Shown here: in pieces, positions 8,547 through 18,512 of the stretch
How the letters are laid out: every line of letters starts with the position of its first letter
Numbering within the stretch: position 1 is the first letter of the stretch
From: an uncultured Clostridia bacterium
Lineage (GTDB): Bacteria > Bacillota > Clostridia > TANB77 > CAG-508
DNA: 64,000 nucleotides
Direction of reading: 5' to 3'
Assembly (NCBI GenBank): GCA_947626875.1
Contig: CANQTV010000001.1
Location: 98,924 to 162,923 of the forward strand
Notes under the pieces: generated by a model
What the model was told of the DNA's origin: nothing
Databases searched by the model: none
The model's input: the letters and a program-made list of their open reading frames with translations, nothing else
Position numbers and translations under genes: made by a program

Positions 8547-9368
8547 TTATAATAATCTATTATTGATATCCTTTTTTTCTATTATTTTTTCTTCTTCAAC
8601 TTCAAAGTCTATTATTCCAATATTTTCCCCGTTTTTACTAATATTAGTTGCTGTATATTTTACATTTATCACCTGTTCATACCAATTTGATAGTGCATCT
8701 TCGTAATATACTGTTATAAAAATATTATATGGTTCTTCTAAACTTTTTAAAGTAAAAAAACTATTTATTATAACCTCCTCTTCTTTATCTAAAACATATA
8801 TTGTATCTCTTCCTAAAATTCTTTGTTTAATATTTATCAAAGAATCCATTTTTATATCTACTTTTATACTTTTAACAGTATTTAACCCTACATTTTTTAT
8901 TAATATATTAAAATTATAATTAATTCCGTCATCAATATTAGTTAATATAAATTCCTCTAGTTTACTATTCTTATTTTCTTTTGAGTCTATTTTATATTTC
9001 AGTATTGGCATATTTTGTATGCGTAAATTTTGTTTATCTCTTTCAATACTATCTTCTTTGTTTCTGTTTATTTGCCATATTGTAACTATTACAAGCACAA
9101 TTGCTCCAATTACTGCTGACATAATTCCTGCCGAATAATTTGCTAAAAATGCTAACCAATTCTGAGAATTAACATTTGTAGTCCACCCCATATATGTTGG
9201 AACATTATATCTATCTAAATAATATATTACATTTGGAACTAATGTAATAAAAAATAACATAATATATAGTACTTTTTCTATATAGTCTTTACATTTTTTA
9301 TAATTATACCAACAAAAAAGTGCCATTCCTATTAATATTATTCCAACTACTACTATATTAATCAACAT
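8547..9368 (-). CDS. Membrane protein (3-4 N-terminal TM helices + soluble beta-rich C-terminal domain)
   Basis: 273 aa with hydrophobic segments at residues ~4-20, 34-50 and 80-100. It is the first gene of the operon, 19 nt upstream of the next gene. Confidence 0.55.
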   Translation of the reverse strand: MLINIVVVGIILIGMALFCWYNYKKCKDYIEKVLYIMLFFITLVPNVIYYLDRYNVPTYMGWTTNVNSQNWLAFLANYSAGIMSAVIGAIVLVIVTIWQINRNKEDSIERDKQNLRIQNMPILKYKIDSKENKNSKLEEFILTNIDDGINYNFNILIKNVGLNTVKSIKVDIKMDSLINIKQRILGRDTIYVLDKEEEVIINSFFTLKSLEEPYNIFITVYYEDALSNWYEQVINVKYTATNISKNGENIGIIDFEVEEEKIIEKKDINNRLL

Positions 9369-9492
9369 ATATTATCCTCCATTTATTTATATCATATTTA
9401 AATTGTATTTTTTGTCGAAACTTGTCTTTTATTATCAAAAAAGCAAAATAATTCTGTAATGTATAATTACTATTATTCTGCTTTTCTTTAGT

Positions 9493-10428
9493 TTATTTAT
9501 TTCCAATATAATATTTAATCATTTCTGTGTATTGATCTTGTGCGTTTAAACAAGTATCTATTAAATATCCTTTTTCTTTATTAGTTTGATATTGATTTAA
9601 TCCCCTATAAAAAAATAGTTTTTCTTTATCCAGAATAATAAATGGTACTATATTATTTTTTAAACATTCTTTAAATGCAATTATTCTACCAACTCTTCCG
9701 TTACCATCTTGAAAAGGATGAATTTTTTCAAACTTAGCATGAAATTCTATTATTTCATTAATTGTGATTTCTTTTAAAGATTCATACCATTCCAATAATT
9801 TTTTCATATCTCTTTCAACATTTTTGGGTTCTGTAGTTTTTAAACCTCCTACTTCATTTGGTAATTTTTTATATTCACCAATATTAAACCAAGCTTTTCT
9901 ACTATCTGATGTTCCTTCTTTTAAAATCTTATGAAATTCTTTTATCATTTTCTCTGTTATTTTTTTGTCTGCTATATCTAACATATAATCAACTAACTTA
10001 AAATGATTAGTTGTTTCTAAAACATCATCTAAATCTGTTATTGAATCCTTTTCTGTTAATAATGTATTAGTCTCATAAATATATCTAGTCTGGTCTTCTG
10101 TAAGTTTACTTCCTTCAATATGATTTGTATTATATGCAAAAATAACTTGTGTATTATGATATAAATTTCCTTTTAATTTCATATTTTTTTGTTCTCTTAA
10201 TACTTCTAAAATATTAATTTTAGATACATCAAAAGTATCTTCTTTTAATAACTCATCAATCGAAAGTTCAAATAATTCAGCTAATTTTTTTAATGATTCA
10301 ATATTAGGTTCTAATGTTCCCGCTTCATATTTGGAAATAGTTGCTGCCTTTACTCCTAATACTTCTGCAATTTCACTTTGAGTCATATTTTTATTTTCTC
10401 TATATGATTTTATTTTTTCTCCTAACAT
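9493..10428 (-). CDS. XRE-HTH / Fic (Fido) domain protein, class II-type
   Basis: N-terminal HTH (MTQSEIAEVLGVKAATISKYEAG). Fic motif HPFQDGNGRVGR. Upstream inhibitory-helix motif TNHIEG ([ST]xxxE[GN]). Confidence 0.85.
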   Translation of the reverse strand: MLGEKIKSYRENKNMTQSEIAEVLGVKAATISKYEAGTLEPNIESLKKLAELFELSIDELLKEDTFDVSKINILEVLREQKNMKLKGNLYHNTQVIFAYNTNHIEGSKLTEDQTRYIYETNTLLTEKDSITDLDDVLETTNHFKLVDYMLDIADKKITEKMIKEFHKILKEGTSDSRKAWFNIGEYKKLPNEVGGLKTTEPKNVERDMKKLLEWYESLKEITINEIIEFHAKFEKIHPFQDGNGRVGRIIAFKECLKNNIVPFIILDKEKLFFYRGLNQYQTNKEKGYLIDTCLNAQDQYTEMIKYYIGNK

Positions 10429-10557
10429 AATAAAAACTCTCCTTTTCAGATTATAATAATATTATATCATATCATTTCCAAAAAAGAAAGTTTTTATTTT
10501 AATTTATAATATATTTTCTAAAATAGAATATATAATGATTCTAGATAATTATATATA

Positions 10558-13500
10558 TTACTCTACTTTATAGTCTTCATTATCTTCTGCAATCATCAAT
10601 TCATTATTAGAAACATCTTCATCTATTTTATATTTCATGTTATTTTTAGTAAATATTGTATTACTTGTAATACTAAAGAATTTATCAAAGAAATTTAATA
10701 ATCTATCCATTACCACATTCTTTTTCTTTAGTCTAGACCTATCTTTAGAAAACATATCCATTGGTGGTAATATCGATGATATCTCCAACCCTTCTGTTTC
10801 TATATTTCCTCTCTCGAATGATTTTTCTACAAATTTATATGTTTTTTCTTCATCCAAATTTTCTTCTTCTATTATTTTATCCAATTCTTCTTTCTTCTTA
10901 CTATTCATAAATTTTTCAAAATCCTCATACACATCTGAACTAGTATTTAATGAGTCTATAAATGATAATATTAAATCTTTTTTATTTCTTAAGTCTGGAC
11001 TAGACATAATTGCTTTATTAATTGTTATTAGAACTTCTTTATCTTCCATATTACTTTCATGATATTTCTTAACTAAAGCTAAAATATAATCTATATTTAC
11101 TTCTATCTGTTTTATTAATTCCATCTCAAATACGATGTCTTCTGTTATGTCTGTTGATTCTACTTTAGATTTTCTTCTAAACTCTTCATAAATATCTTGA
11201 TATGTACTATGATAATCTTGAACATCCCTTTCCGTTAATAACTGCTCACTCTTAAATTGATCAAATGAATTTAAAATATTAGTAACCTTAAGAATTGCTC
11301 CATATAACTTTATAAATTCTTTTTGATTTTGCTCTCCAATTATAACTGTACCTAATGGGAATTTTTCTTTTAATTCTTTAATAAGTTCTTTATATCCTTT
11401 GAATTCTTTTCCTTGGTCATCCTCATAGCCATAGTAATAATCTTTATATGGTTTTAATAAAACTATACCTGAGGCATTATTATCTCCAAATAATGCTAAT
11501 GCATCATTTAATTCTTTCTCCAAATTTCTAAATGAAATAACATTACCATATGTTTTAACAGAATTTAATATTCTATTTGTTCTTGAAAATGCCTGTATTA
11601 ATCCATGATATTTTAAATTCTTATCTACCCATAATGTATTTAGTGTCACTGCATCAAATCCTGTAAGAAACATATTTGCAACTATTAAAATATCAATTTC
11701 CTTGTTTTTCATTCTTAATGAAACATCTTTATAATAATTTTGAAACTTCTCTCCTGTTGTATCATAACTTGTTCCAAACATTTTATTATAGTCTTCAATT
11801 GCTAATTCAAGGAAGTCTCTGTCACTTTTATTTAATCCATCTGTAGTTTCAGAGTTTTCATCAAAAACACCATCTGCCACTTCATCATTTATTCCATAAC
11901 TATAAATAAGTGCTACTTTTAAATTATGGTTTTTGTTATTTTTAAACTCTTGATAATATTTTTTTGCCATACTTATATTAGACACAGCGAAAATTGAATT
12001 AAATCCTTTAATATTAGATGTTCTCTTTATTTGATTTGCATCTCTGTTTTTCGCAACTTCTATTACATTTTCCAATGTATTATACACATAAGATTCATCA
12101 TTTTTGGTTTTAGTAGAAAAATGTTCAATAATATATTTAGTAACTGTTGCTATTCTAATCTTATTATCATATGCTTTCTCAACATCAATTTTATATATTT
12201 TTTCATCTTTCACATCTTTTTTTATATCCACTCTACCAATATATTCATATCTAAAAGGCAATACATTTTTATCGCTTATAGCGTTTACTATTGTATATGT
12301 ATGAAGTCTTTCCCCAAATATTTGACCCGTAGTTTGCATTATTCCTTTTCTTGTTTGAGCATTACCTGTAAAAATAGGAGTACCAGTAAATCCGAAAATA
12401 ATCCACTTTTTGAATTTACTTGTTATATTTTTATGCATATCTCCAAACTGGCTTCTATGACATTCATCAAAGATAAAAACTATCTTTTTATTAAATGCTT
12501 TCGAACTCTTATTTTTCTTAATAAAACTATCTAATTTTTGAATCGTTGTAATAATAATTTTAGATTTATTGTCTTCTAATTGTCCCTCTAATATTTTAGT
12601 ATTAGCATTTGAATTAGCACAACCTTTTTTAAATCTATCATACTCTTTCATTGTTTGATAGTCCAAATCTTTTCTATCTACTACAAAGATAACTTTATCT
12701 ATGTATTTAAGATTACTTGCTATTTGAGCTGTTTTAAATGAAGTTAAAGTTTTTCCAGAGCCAGTTGTATGCCATATATATCCACCTGCTTCAATTGTTC
12801 CATATTTATTATAATTATTTGCTACTTCTATTTTATTTATTATTTTTTCTGTTGCTGTTATTTGATATGGTCTCATTACTAATAAATCTTCTTCTGCAGT
12901 AAGAATGCAATATTTAGTAATGATATTTAATAATGTTCTTTTACTTAAAAATGTTTTTGCAAAATCTTCTAGATCACATATTCCATTATTATTTTGATCT
13001 GCCCAATATGATGTAAATTCAAATGAATTAGATTTTTTTACTTTTTTTCCATCGAGATGTTTATATCTAGTAGTATTTGAATAATATTTAGTAAATGTTC
13101 CATTGCTTATAACAAATATTTGTATATAATTATATAAACCAGAATTGTACCAAAAAGAATCTCTTTGATATCTTTCTATCTGATTAAATGCTTGTCTTAA
13201 TTCAACTCCTCTTCTTTTTAATTCTATATGAACCATAGGCAATCCATTAATTAAGATAGTAACATCGTATCTATTCTTTCTTTTGTCTGTTTCCACTTCA
13301 TATTGGTTTATTACTTGAACAAAATTATTATGTATTCTTTGTTTTTCTTTATATAATAAATAAATATTTTTTAACTCTCCATTTTCAAGCTGCAATGGAT
13401 ATTTATAGTCTTCTTGTATCTTTCTTGTTTTTTCAACTATTCCATCATTGGGATTTGCAATAAAATTGTTAAATAATTCGTTCCACTCTTTGTCTGTAAA

Positions 13501-13725
13501 TCTTATTTCATTTAGTTTCTCTAATTGTTCTCTTAAATTATTTATTAAATCATTTTCATTTTTTATATTTAAATACTCATATGATTGTTCCTGTAATATT
13601 TTTATGAATTCACTTTCAAGTTCAGCTTCACTTTGATATGATGTTTCTTTTCTTTTTATTGCTTTATATTCTGTTAAAACTGTTGAATTATCATTTTCAG
13701 AAATAATATTTCCTTTATTTTTCAT
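10558..13725 (-). CDS. hsdR: Type I restriction enzyme R subunit
   Basis: 1055 aa with helicase motif I HTTGSGKT and motif II FDECHRSQ. Size and operon context with hsdM/hsdS fit. Confidence 0.9.
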   Translation of the reverse strand: MKNKGNIISENDNSTVLTEYKAIKRKETSYQSEAELESEFIKILQEQSYEYLNIKNENDLINNLREQLEKLNEIRFTDKEWNELFNNFIANPNDGIVEKTRKIQEDYKYPLQLENGELKNIYLLYKEKQRIHNNFVQVINQYEVETDKRKNRYDVTILINGLPMVHIELKRRGVELRQAFNQIERYQRDSFWYNSGLYNYIQIFVISNGTFTKYYSNTTRYKHLDGKKVKKSNSFEFTSYWADQNNNGICDLEDFAKTFLSKRTLLNIITKYCILTAEEDLLVMRPYQITATEKIINKIEVANNYNKYGTIEAGGYIWHTTGSGKTLTSFKTAQIASNLKYIDKVIFVVDRKDLDYQTMKEYDRFKKGCANSNANTKILEGQLEDNKSKIIITTIQKLDSFIKKNKSSKAFNKKIVFIFDECHRSQFGDMHKNITSKFKKWIIFGFTGTPIFTGNAQTRKGIMQTTGQIFGERLHTYTIVNAISDKNVLPFRYEYIGRVDIKKDVKDEKIYKIDVEKAYDNKIRIATVTKYIIEHFSTKTKNDESYVYNTLENVIEVAKNRDANQIKRTSNIKGFNSIFAVSNISMAKKYYQEFKNNKNHNLKVALIYSYGINDEVADGVFDENSETTDGLNKSDRDFLELAIEDYNKMFGTSYDTTGEKFQNYYKDVSLRMKNKEIDILIVANMFLTGFDAVTLNTLWVDKNLKYHGLIQAFSRTNRILNSVKTYGNVISFRNLEKELNDALALFGDNNASGIVLLKPYKDYYYGYEDDQGKEFKGYKELIKELKEKFPLGTVIIGEQNQKEFIKLYGAILKVTNILNSFDQFKSEQLLTERDVQDYHSTYQDIYEEFRRKSKVESTDITEDIVFEMELIKQIEVNIDYILALVKKYHESNMEDKEVLITINKAIMSSPDLRNKKDLILSFIDSLNTSSDVYEDFEKFMNSKKKEELDKIIEEENLDEEKTYKFVEKSFERGNIETEGLEISSILPPMDMFSKDRSRLKKKNVVMDRLLNFFDKFFSITSNTIFTKNNMKYKIDEDVSNNELMIAEDNEDYKVE

Positions 13726-14812
13726 CTATTTTCCCCCATTTAAAATTCTCAACAAATTTATAATATGTACTTTTAAATAATTCCTTATCATCATATGTTA
13801 ATCCTTTATATTCTACATCAGACAATTTACTATGACTATATAAATTAATAATTCTCATAAATTCTTGTTTTTTATCACTTTCTACACACTCATTCCAGTG
13901 ACGATACCCTAAAAAGTTTGATGTCTTTTCTAACAGATTTCTAAATAGATTAAAATGATATTTTTGAATATCTTCTTGATTTATTGCCCTTTCTATTTCT
14001 TCTTTAATCATTAGGTGATATCCAAATGGACTATCTGCTTTTTGATTCTTTAATTTATACACATTATCATTCTTTTTTAATATAGATGGCTTGAAATTGT
14101 AATCTCCATTTTTCCTATATTGATTATATATAACATTATAAAATAAAGCATGGTGCGTAGTAATCAAAAATTTTAATTTATGATTGTTATTGTTTTTATA
14201 TCTCTCTATTATTTCTATTAGCATCATTGCAATAGAAATAATTTTTGAATCATCTATAGATGAAACCGGATCATCCACAATAATATACTCAAGGTTATCA
14301 AAAAATTCAGTAAGTCTATCATCCTTATCCATATTTAATGTATCTACTGCTGTCTCTAAAATAGTGTAGAAAATTGACCATATAAATACACTTTCTTCTC
14401 CTTTTGATATTTTTATTCCTCTATCATAATTACTGTCTCCTGTAGCAATATTAAAAGTTATTTCACCCTTGTCCAATTCAAAACTTGGCTCTACTTTTGA
14501 ATTAAGAATGTGTGTAAAATTTTCTATGATTTGATTTTCAAGCCCCTGCTCTTTAATTAATTCTACTAACCAACAAGATGGATTAATTTTAAAAATAAAA
14601 TTATCATTATCCCATGTAAATAAATCTTCTACAAATGCATTATAACATAATATCTTGTCAGCATCCATACTATCAGTTAATGTTGTAGATAACCTCGTTT
14701 TTCCTGTTGCATTAAAGGCATATAATAAAGATATATTCTTATTTTGGTTTCTTGAATTTAAACTATACTTTATATTTTTAGCAACCGCTTCAATTGAATT
14801 AAATTCACTCAT
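13715..14812 (-). CDS. PrrC-like ABC-type ATPase / anticodon nuclease candidate embedded in the Type I R-M operon
   Basis: Walker A-like FNATGKT, Walker B/D-loop IIVDDPVSSIDDS, H-loop TTHH. C-terminal R291-x3-E295 ... H327 (FRNLLE...NLYSHS) has the same spacing as the PrrC Arg320/Glu324/His356 triad as I recall it. It sits between hsdS and hsdR, as in the prr locus. Confidence 0.6.
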   Translation of the reverse strand: MSEFNSIEAVAKNIKYSLNSRNQNKNISLLYAFNATGKTRLSTTLTDSMDADKILCYNAFVEDLFTWDNDNFIFKINPSCWLVELIKEQGLENQIIENFTHILNSKVEPSFELDKGEITFNIATGDSNYDRGIKISKGEESVFIWSIFYTILETAVDTLNMDKDDRLTEFFDNLEYIIVDDPVSSIDDSKIISIAMMLIEIIERYKNNNNHKLKFLITTHHALFYNVIYNQYRKNGDYNFKPSILKKNDNVYKLKNQKADSPFGYHLMIKEEIERAINQEDIQKYHFNLFRNLLEKTSNFLGYRHWNECVESDKKQEFMRIINLYSHSKLSDVEYKGLTYDDKELFKSTYYKFVENFKWGKIDEK

Positions 14813-15957
14813 TAAGCAATCACCTCTTTAAAATTTAATAGTTTATTTCTATAATACTCATATTGCTTCCTTCTTAATTCTATTTCAGCCGGTAATCCTT
14901 CTGAAATGTCATTTATCAATTTATCAAACTTATCTAATATGTTTACTATTCTTTTTTGTTCTTCTAATGGAGGAATATTTAAATTTATTTTTTTTATCAT
15001 TGGAGTTGTTACCTGCTGTATTCCACCATTTGTAGACTCTATTTCTGTTATATATAAAGCATAATTTAAATATTTTGCTAATACAATTTTCTCATTTGGT
15101 ATAATAGTTATTAAACGGATTATTGGAGTATATTTTCCAATCCTATAAGTATGATACCCTACTGTTCCTCTAGCTGATATGGTAACTGTATTTCCACTTA
15201 CTTTATAACTTTTACTATATCCATAAATAGCATTTTCCCCAACACCATTTGAAATTACTGGATATATATATTCACCTTTGGGCTCTTTTAATCCCTTGAT
15301 TGTATTTTCTGGCACATCTCCTCCTGCAAATATTTTTTCTGTAATTTCACATATATTATAACTCTTATATATTCTTTTATCCTTTGGCTTTAACAAATTT
15401 TCTCTCCAAAATTCATATTGATACTGTCTTGCTTCTAATTCTGCTTCTAATTCTGCTTCTAATTCTGCTTCTAATTCACTAAATCCATCAAGAATCTTTA
15501 CTATTTCTTCTTGCAATTCTATTGGCGGTACAGCTATAACTAAATTTCTAAAATCTCCTTGATTTAACTTAGGTATATTACCATGTATTAAATCAGTAAC
15601 ATCTATAGTTTGAATATAGTGAAATAAATATCGTAACATTACCCCATCAACTTCTTCAATAATATGAGCATGATTATTAACCCATATTTTACCTTCTGCC
15701 CAATTAACTATTGGAGTTCCAACTTCAGTTATTACGCTTCCATCTTCTCCTACTAATACAAACTTTCCATCAAAAATATAATCTGACACATAATCTTGTA
15801 TCCCATTTGCTCCATAATATGGATATTGACCTTTTTCTCTTTCTCCCCTTTTTACAGGCTTTCTCATATTATCTAACAAATTACAACAATCCTCTAGTTT
15901 TCTATATTCCACATCATTAGCACACATCTTTTTAATTAAATCATTAATCTTACTCAT
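14812..15957 (-). CDS. hsdS: Type I R-M specificity subunit
   Basis: 381 aa with two target-recognition halves separated by a central helical spacer containing (ELEA)x4. Overlaps hsdM and the prrC-like gene. Confidence 0.85.
   Translation of the reverse strand: MSKINDLIKKMCANDVEYRKLEDCCNLLDNMRKPVKRGEREKGQYPYYGANGIQDYVSDYIFDGKFVLVGEDGSVITEVGTPIVNWAEGKIWVNNHAHIIEEVDGVMLRYLFHYIQTIDVTDLIHGNIPKLNQGDFRNLVIAVPPIELQEEIVKILDGFSELEAELEAELEAELEARQYQYEFWRENLLKPKDKRIYKSYNICEITEKIFAGGDVPENTIKGLKEPKGEYIYPVISNGVGENAIYGYSKSYKVSGNTVTISARGTVGYHTYRIGKYTPIIRLITIIPNEKIVLAKYLNYALYITEIESTNGGIQQVTTPMIKKINLNIPPLEEQKRIVNILDKFDKLINDISEGLPAEIELRRKQYEYYRNKLLNFKEVIA
15431..15478 (-). repeat. 12-bp tandem repeat x4 (gcttctaattct) encoding (ELEA)4 in the HsdS central spacer
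   Basis: Read directly from the sequence; there are four consecutive units and the last one differs at 1 nt. Confidence 0.95.
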
Positions 15958-17521
15958 TATCTTCCTCCAATTCTTGGATTATTTTATCAAGTTCAATTCT
16001 TATTTTGTTTTCTCTTTTAACTACTTCTTTTATTTTTTTATTTATTTCTTTTATATCTATTTTTTCTTCTTCTGAATTGCTTTTTATATATGTATTAACT
16101 GATATATTATAATCATTATTACCTATTTCTTCATTAGATACTGTTACTACTGGTTCATTTACTTTTCCTTGTCTATTTTTAATTTTTTCTATAATCCAGT
16201 CTATATTATCAGAAGATAATTTATTTTTATTAGTATTTCTTACAAATTCATTTGAGGCATCTATAAATAATACATCATTGGTTTTCTTTGATTTCTTTAA
16301 TACTAATATGCATGTTGCTATTGATGTACCAAAAAACAAATCGCTTGGTAATTGAATAACAGTATCTATGAAATTATTATCTATCATATATTTTCTAATT
16401 TTTTGTTCTGCCCCACCACGATACAAGACTCCAGGAAATTGAACTATAGCAGCGGTTCCTCTTTGACTTAGCCATGACAACATATGCATTGTAAATGCAA
16501 GATCTGCCTTAGATTCTGGTGCAAGTATTCCAGCAGGAGCAAATCTTTCATCATTAATTAATATTGGATCTGATTTTCCTGCCCAATGAATTGAATATGG
16601 TGGATTAGAAACTATCGCATCAAATGGTTCATCATCCCAATTCATAGGATTTGTTAAAGTATCTCCCCTTGATATATCAAATTTATTGTAATTAATATCA
16701 TGTAAAAACATATTTATTCTTGCTAAGTTATATGTTGTCAGGTTAATTTCTTGCCCAAAAAAGCCATTTTTTATATTTTCTTTTCCCAATATCTTTGCAA
16801 ACTTTAATAATAGACCACCCGAACCACAACAAGGGTCATATACTTTATTTATTTCTTTTTGGTCCATTATTACTATTTTTGCAAGCAATTCTCCAACTTC
16901 TTGTGGAGTAAAAAATTCTCCTCCAGATTTTCCTGCATTTGAAGCATACATAGTCATTAAATATTCGTATGCATCTCCAAATGCATCAATTGAGTTATCT
17001 GAATAATTACCTAATTTAAGTTCTCCTATTGCATCTAACATTTTAATTAGTTTTTCATTTTTTTCATCTACTGTATTTCCTAATTTATTACCTTTAACAT
17101 CGAAATCATCAAATAAACCTTTAACGTCTTTTTCAGAGGCAGTTCCCTTAGCAGAAGTTTCTATATTTTCAAATACTTTATGTATTGTTATATTTAAATC
17201 TGGATTAATTTTTGCTTTTTTTCTTACATTACAAAATAGTTCACTTGGTAAAATAAAAAAACCTTTATCTTTTAAAATATCCTCTCTTCCATATTCTGCA
17301 TCTTCATCTGATAAATTTCTATACTCAAAATTTTTCTTTCCTACTTTTCTTTGATTATTATTAACATAATTTTCTATGTTTTCTGATATAAATCGATAAA
17401 ATAATAGTCCTAACACATATTGTTTAAAATCCCAACCATCCACTGAGCCTCTTAATTCATCTGCCATTTTCCAAATTGTTTTATGAAGTTCTTCTCTTTC
17501 TCTTTCTTTCTTAATATCCAT
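15950..17521 (-). CDS. hsdM: Type I R-M N6-adenine DNA methyltransferase subunit
   Basis: Motif I DPCCGSGGLL and motif IV SNPPYS. Likely start is MDIKKERE at 17521, behind GGGAGG. Confidence 0.9.
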   Translation of the reverse strand: MDIKKEREREELHKTIWKMADELRGSVDGWDFKQYVLGLLFYRFISENIENYVNNNQRKVGKKNFEYRNLSDEDAEYGREDILKDKGFFILPSELFCNVRKKAKINPDLNITIHKVFENIETSAKGTASEKDVKGLFDDFDVKGNKLGNTVDEKNEKLIKMLDAIGELKLGNYSDNSIDAFGDAYEYLMTMYASNAGKSGGEFFTPQEVGELLAKIVIMDQKEINKVYDPCCGSGGLLLKFAKILGKENIKNGFFGQEINLTTYNLARINMFLHDINYNKFDISRGDTLTNPMNWDDEPFDAIVSNPPYSIHWAGKSDPILINDERFAPAGILAPESKADLAFTMHMLSWLSQRGTAAIVQFPGVLYRGGAEQKIRKYMIDNNFIDTVIQLPSDLFFGTSIATCILVLKKSKKTNDVLFIDASNEFVRNTNKNKLSSDNIDWIIEKIKNRQGKVNEPVVTVSNEEIGNNDYNISVNTYIKSNSEEEKIDIKEINKKIKEVVKRENKIRIELDKIIQELEEDNE

Positions 17522-17575
17522 TATTTTTCCTCCCTTATTATACATATACTTTTCTTTTTAATCTTATTTTTATAT

Positions 17576-17896
17576 TTATTTTATTATCTCCTCGTTTTTG
17601 AGTATTTCTCTTATCTTATTCCAACTATTTTTACTATGGAAAATTCCATCATATATGTCTGATGGAATATCATCTTTTTCTTTGGCTAGATTGTTAAAGA
17701 ATTTATTTCTTTCTTCCCCTTCAATTTCTAAACAATTTGCAATTTTAATTTGTAAATCTCTGTCTGGTGGTCCACTTTTACCATTTATCATTCTATTGAC
17801 ATATGTAGGCGTAACATCAATCATTCTTGCAAATTTGTTTTGACTTATTTTATTATTTTTTAATTTTTTATCTAAAAAAGTTTTAAATTTGCTCAT
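17576..17896 (-). CDS. XRE-family HTH protein upstream of hsdM (possible controller)
   Basis: ISQNKFARMIDVTPTYVNRMINGKSGP helix-turn-helix motif; 106 aa. Confidence 0.7.
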   Translation of the reverse strand: MSKFKTFLDKKLKNNKISQNKFARMIDVTPTYVNRMINGKSGPPDRDLQIKIANCLEIEGEERNKFFNNLAKEKDDIPSDIYDGIFHSKNSWNKIREILKNEEIIK

Positions 17897-18092
17897 TTGT
17901 ATAACCTTTCATATATAAACTATAAACTATTAGTTTGTAATTTATATATCATATTTACTATATTTAAGCAATATTTGTCGTAAAAATGTAAAGAAAATTT
18001 AATATATCTGTAATATTTTTTACTTAATACTCGTTTTAAAATTTCAATATATAAGAGGACTATATGTCAAAAAATAGTCCTCTTATATATTA

Positions 18093-18500
18093 TTATTTAG
18101 TTTTATTATAATTGATTTCTTGCCATACTTCTAAATCCAGTTTTTTATCAATAAGATTTAGTATTACCTTTTGCTTTTTATATATAGCTTGCATTAAATG
18201 TAAAAGTTCTTGTCGATCTATCTCTGAAATTTGTGTAGCAAATTTACAAATATGCTTTATATCTTTAACAATACTTTTAACTTCTCTTGTATTTTCGGCA
18301 TATGCTTTAAAAATTTCATCTTGCCCTTTTATATCCACATTAGTTACTCTCTCATAAATTGCTGCATCTCTAATATATGGTGCAAGCCTTTTATAACCAT
18401 AATTGTATGCTTTTGCTTCAATTAACTTTCTTTCTTCATCTGAAACCCATACTTTTATACTTTTTCTTCTATGATTTGGATTTAAATCTTCTCTAATAAT
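18093..18500 (-). CDS. Ribbon-helix-helix / MobC-like protein with non-canonical or damaged start
   Basis: The frame is open from 18503 and reads IIREDLNPNHRRKSIKVWVSDEERKLIEAKAYNYGYKRLAPYIRDAA (RHH pattern). AGGAG (18512-18508) abuts an out-of-frame ATG. In-frame ATT codons lie 7 and 10 nt after the RBS. Confidence 0.45.
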   Translation of the reverse strand: MIREDLNPNHRRKSIKVWVSDEERKLIEAKAYNYGYKRLAPYIRDAAIYERVTNVDIKGQDEIFKAYAENTREVKSIVKDIKHICKFATQISEIDRQELLHLMQAIYKKQKVILNLIDKKLDLEVWQEINYNKTK

Positions 18501-18512
18501 AAATCATCTCCT

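Noticed and set aside
15431-15478. Possible CRISPR-like or minisatellite array.
   Set aside because: The repeats are contiguous with no spacers. They are in frame inside hsdS and encode (ELEA)4.
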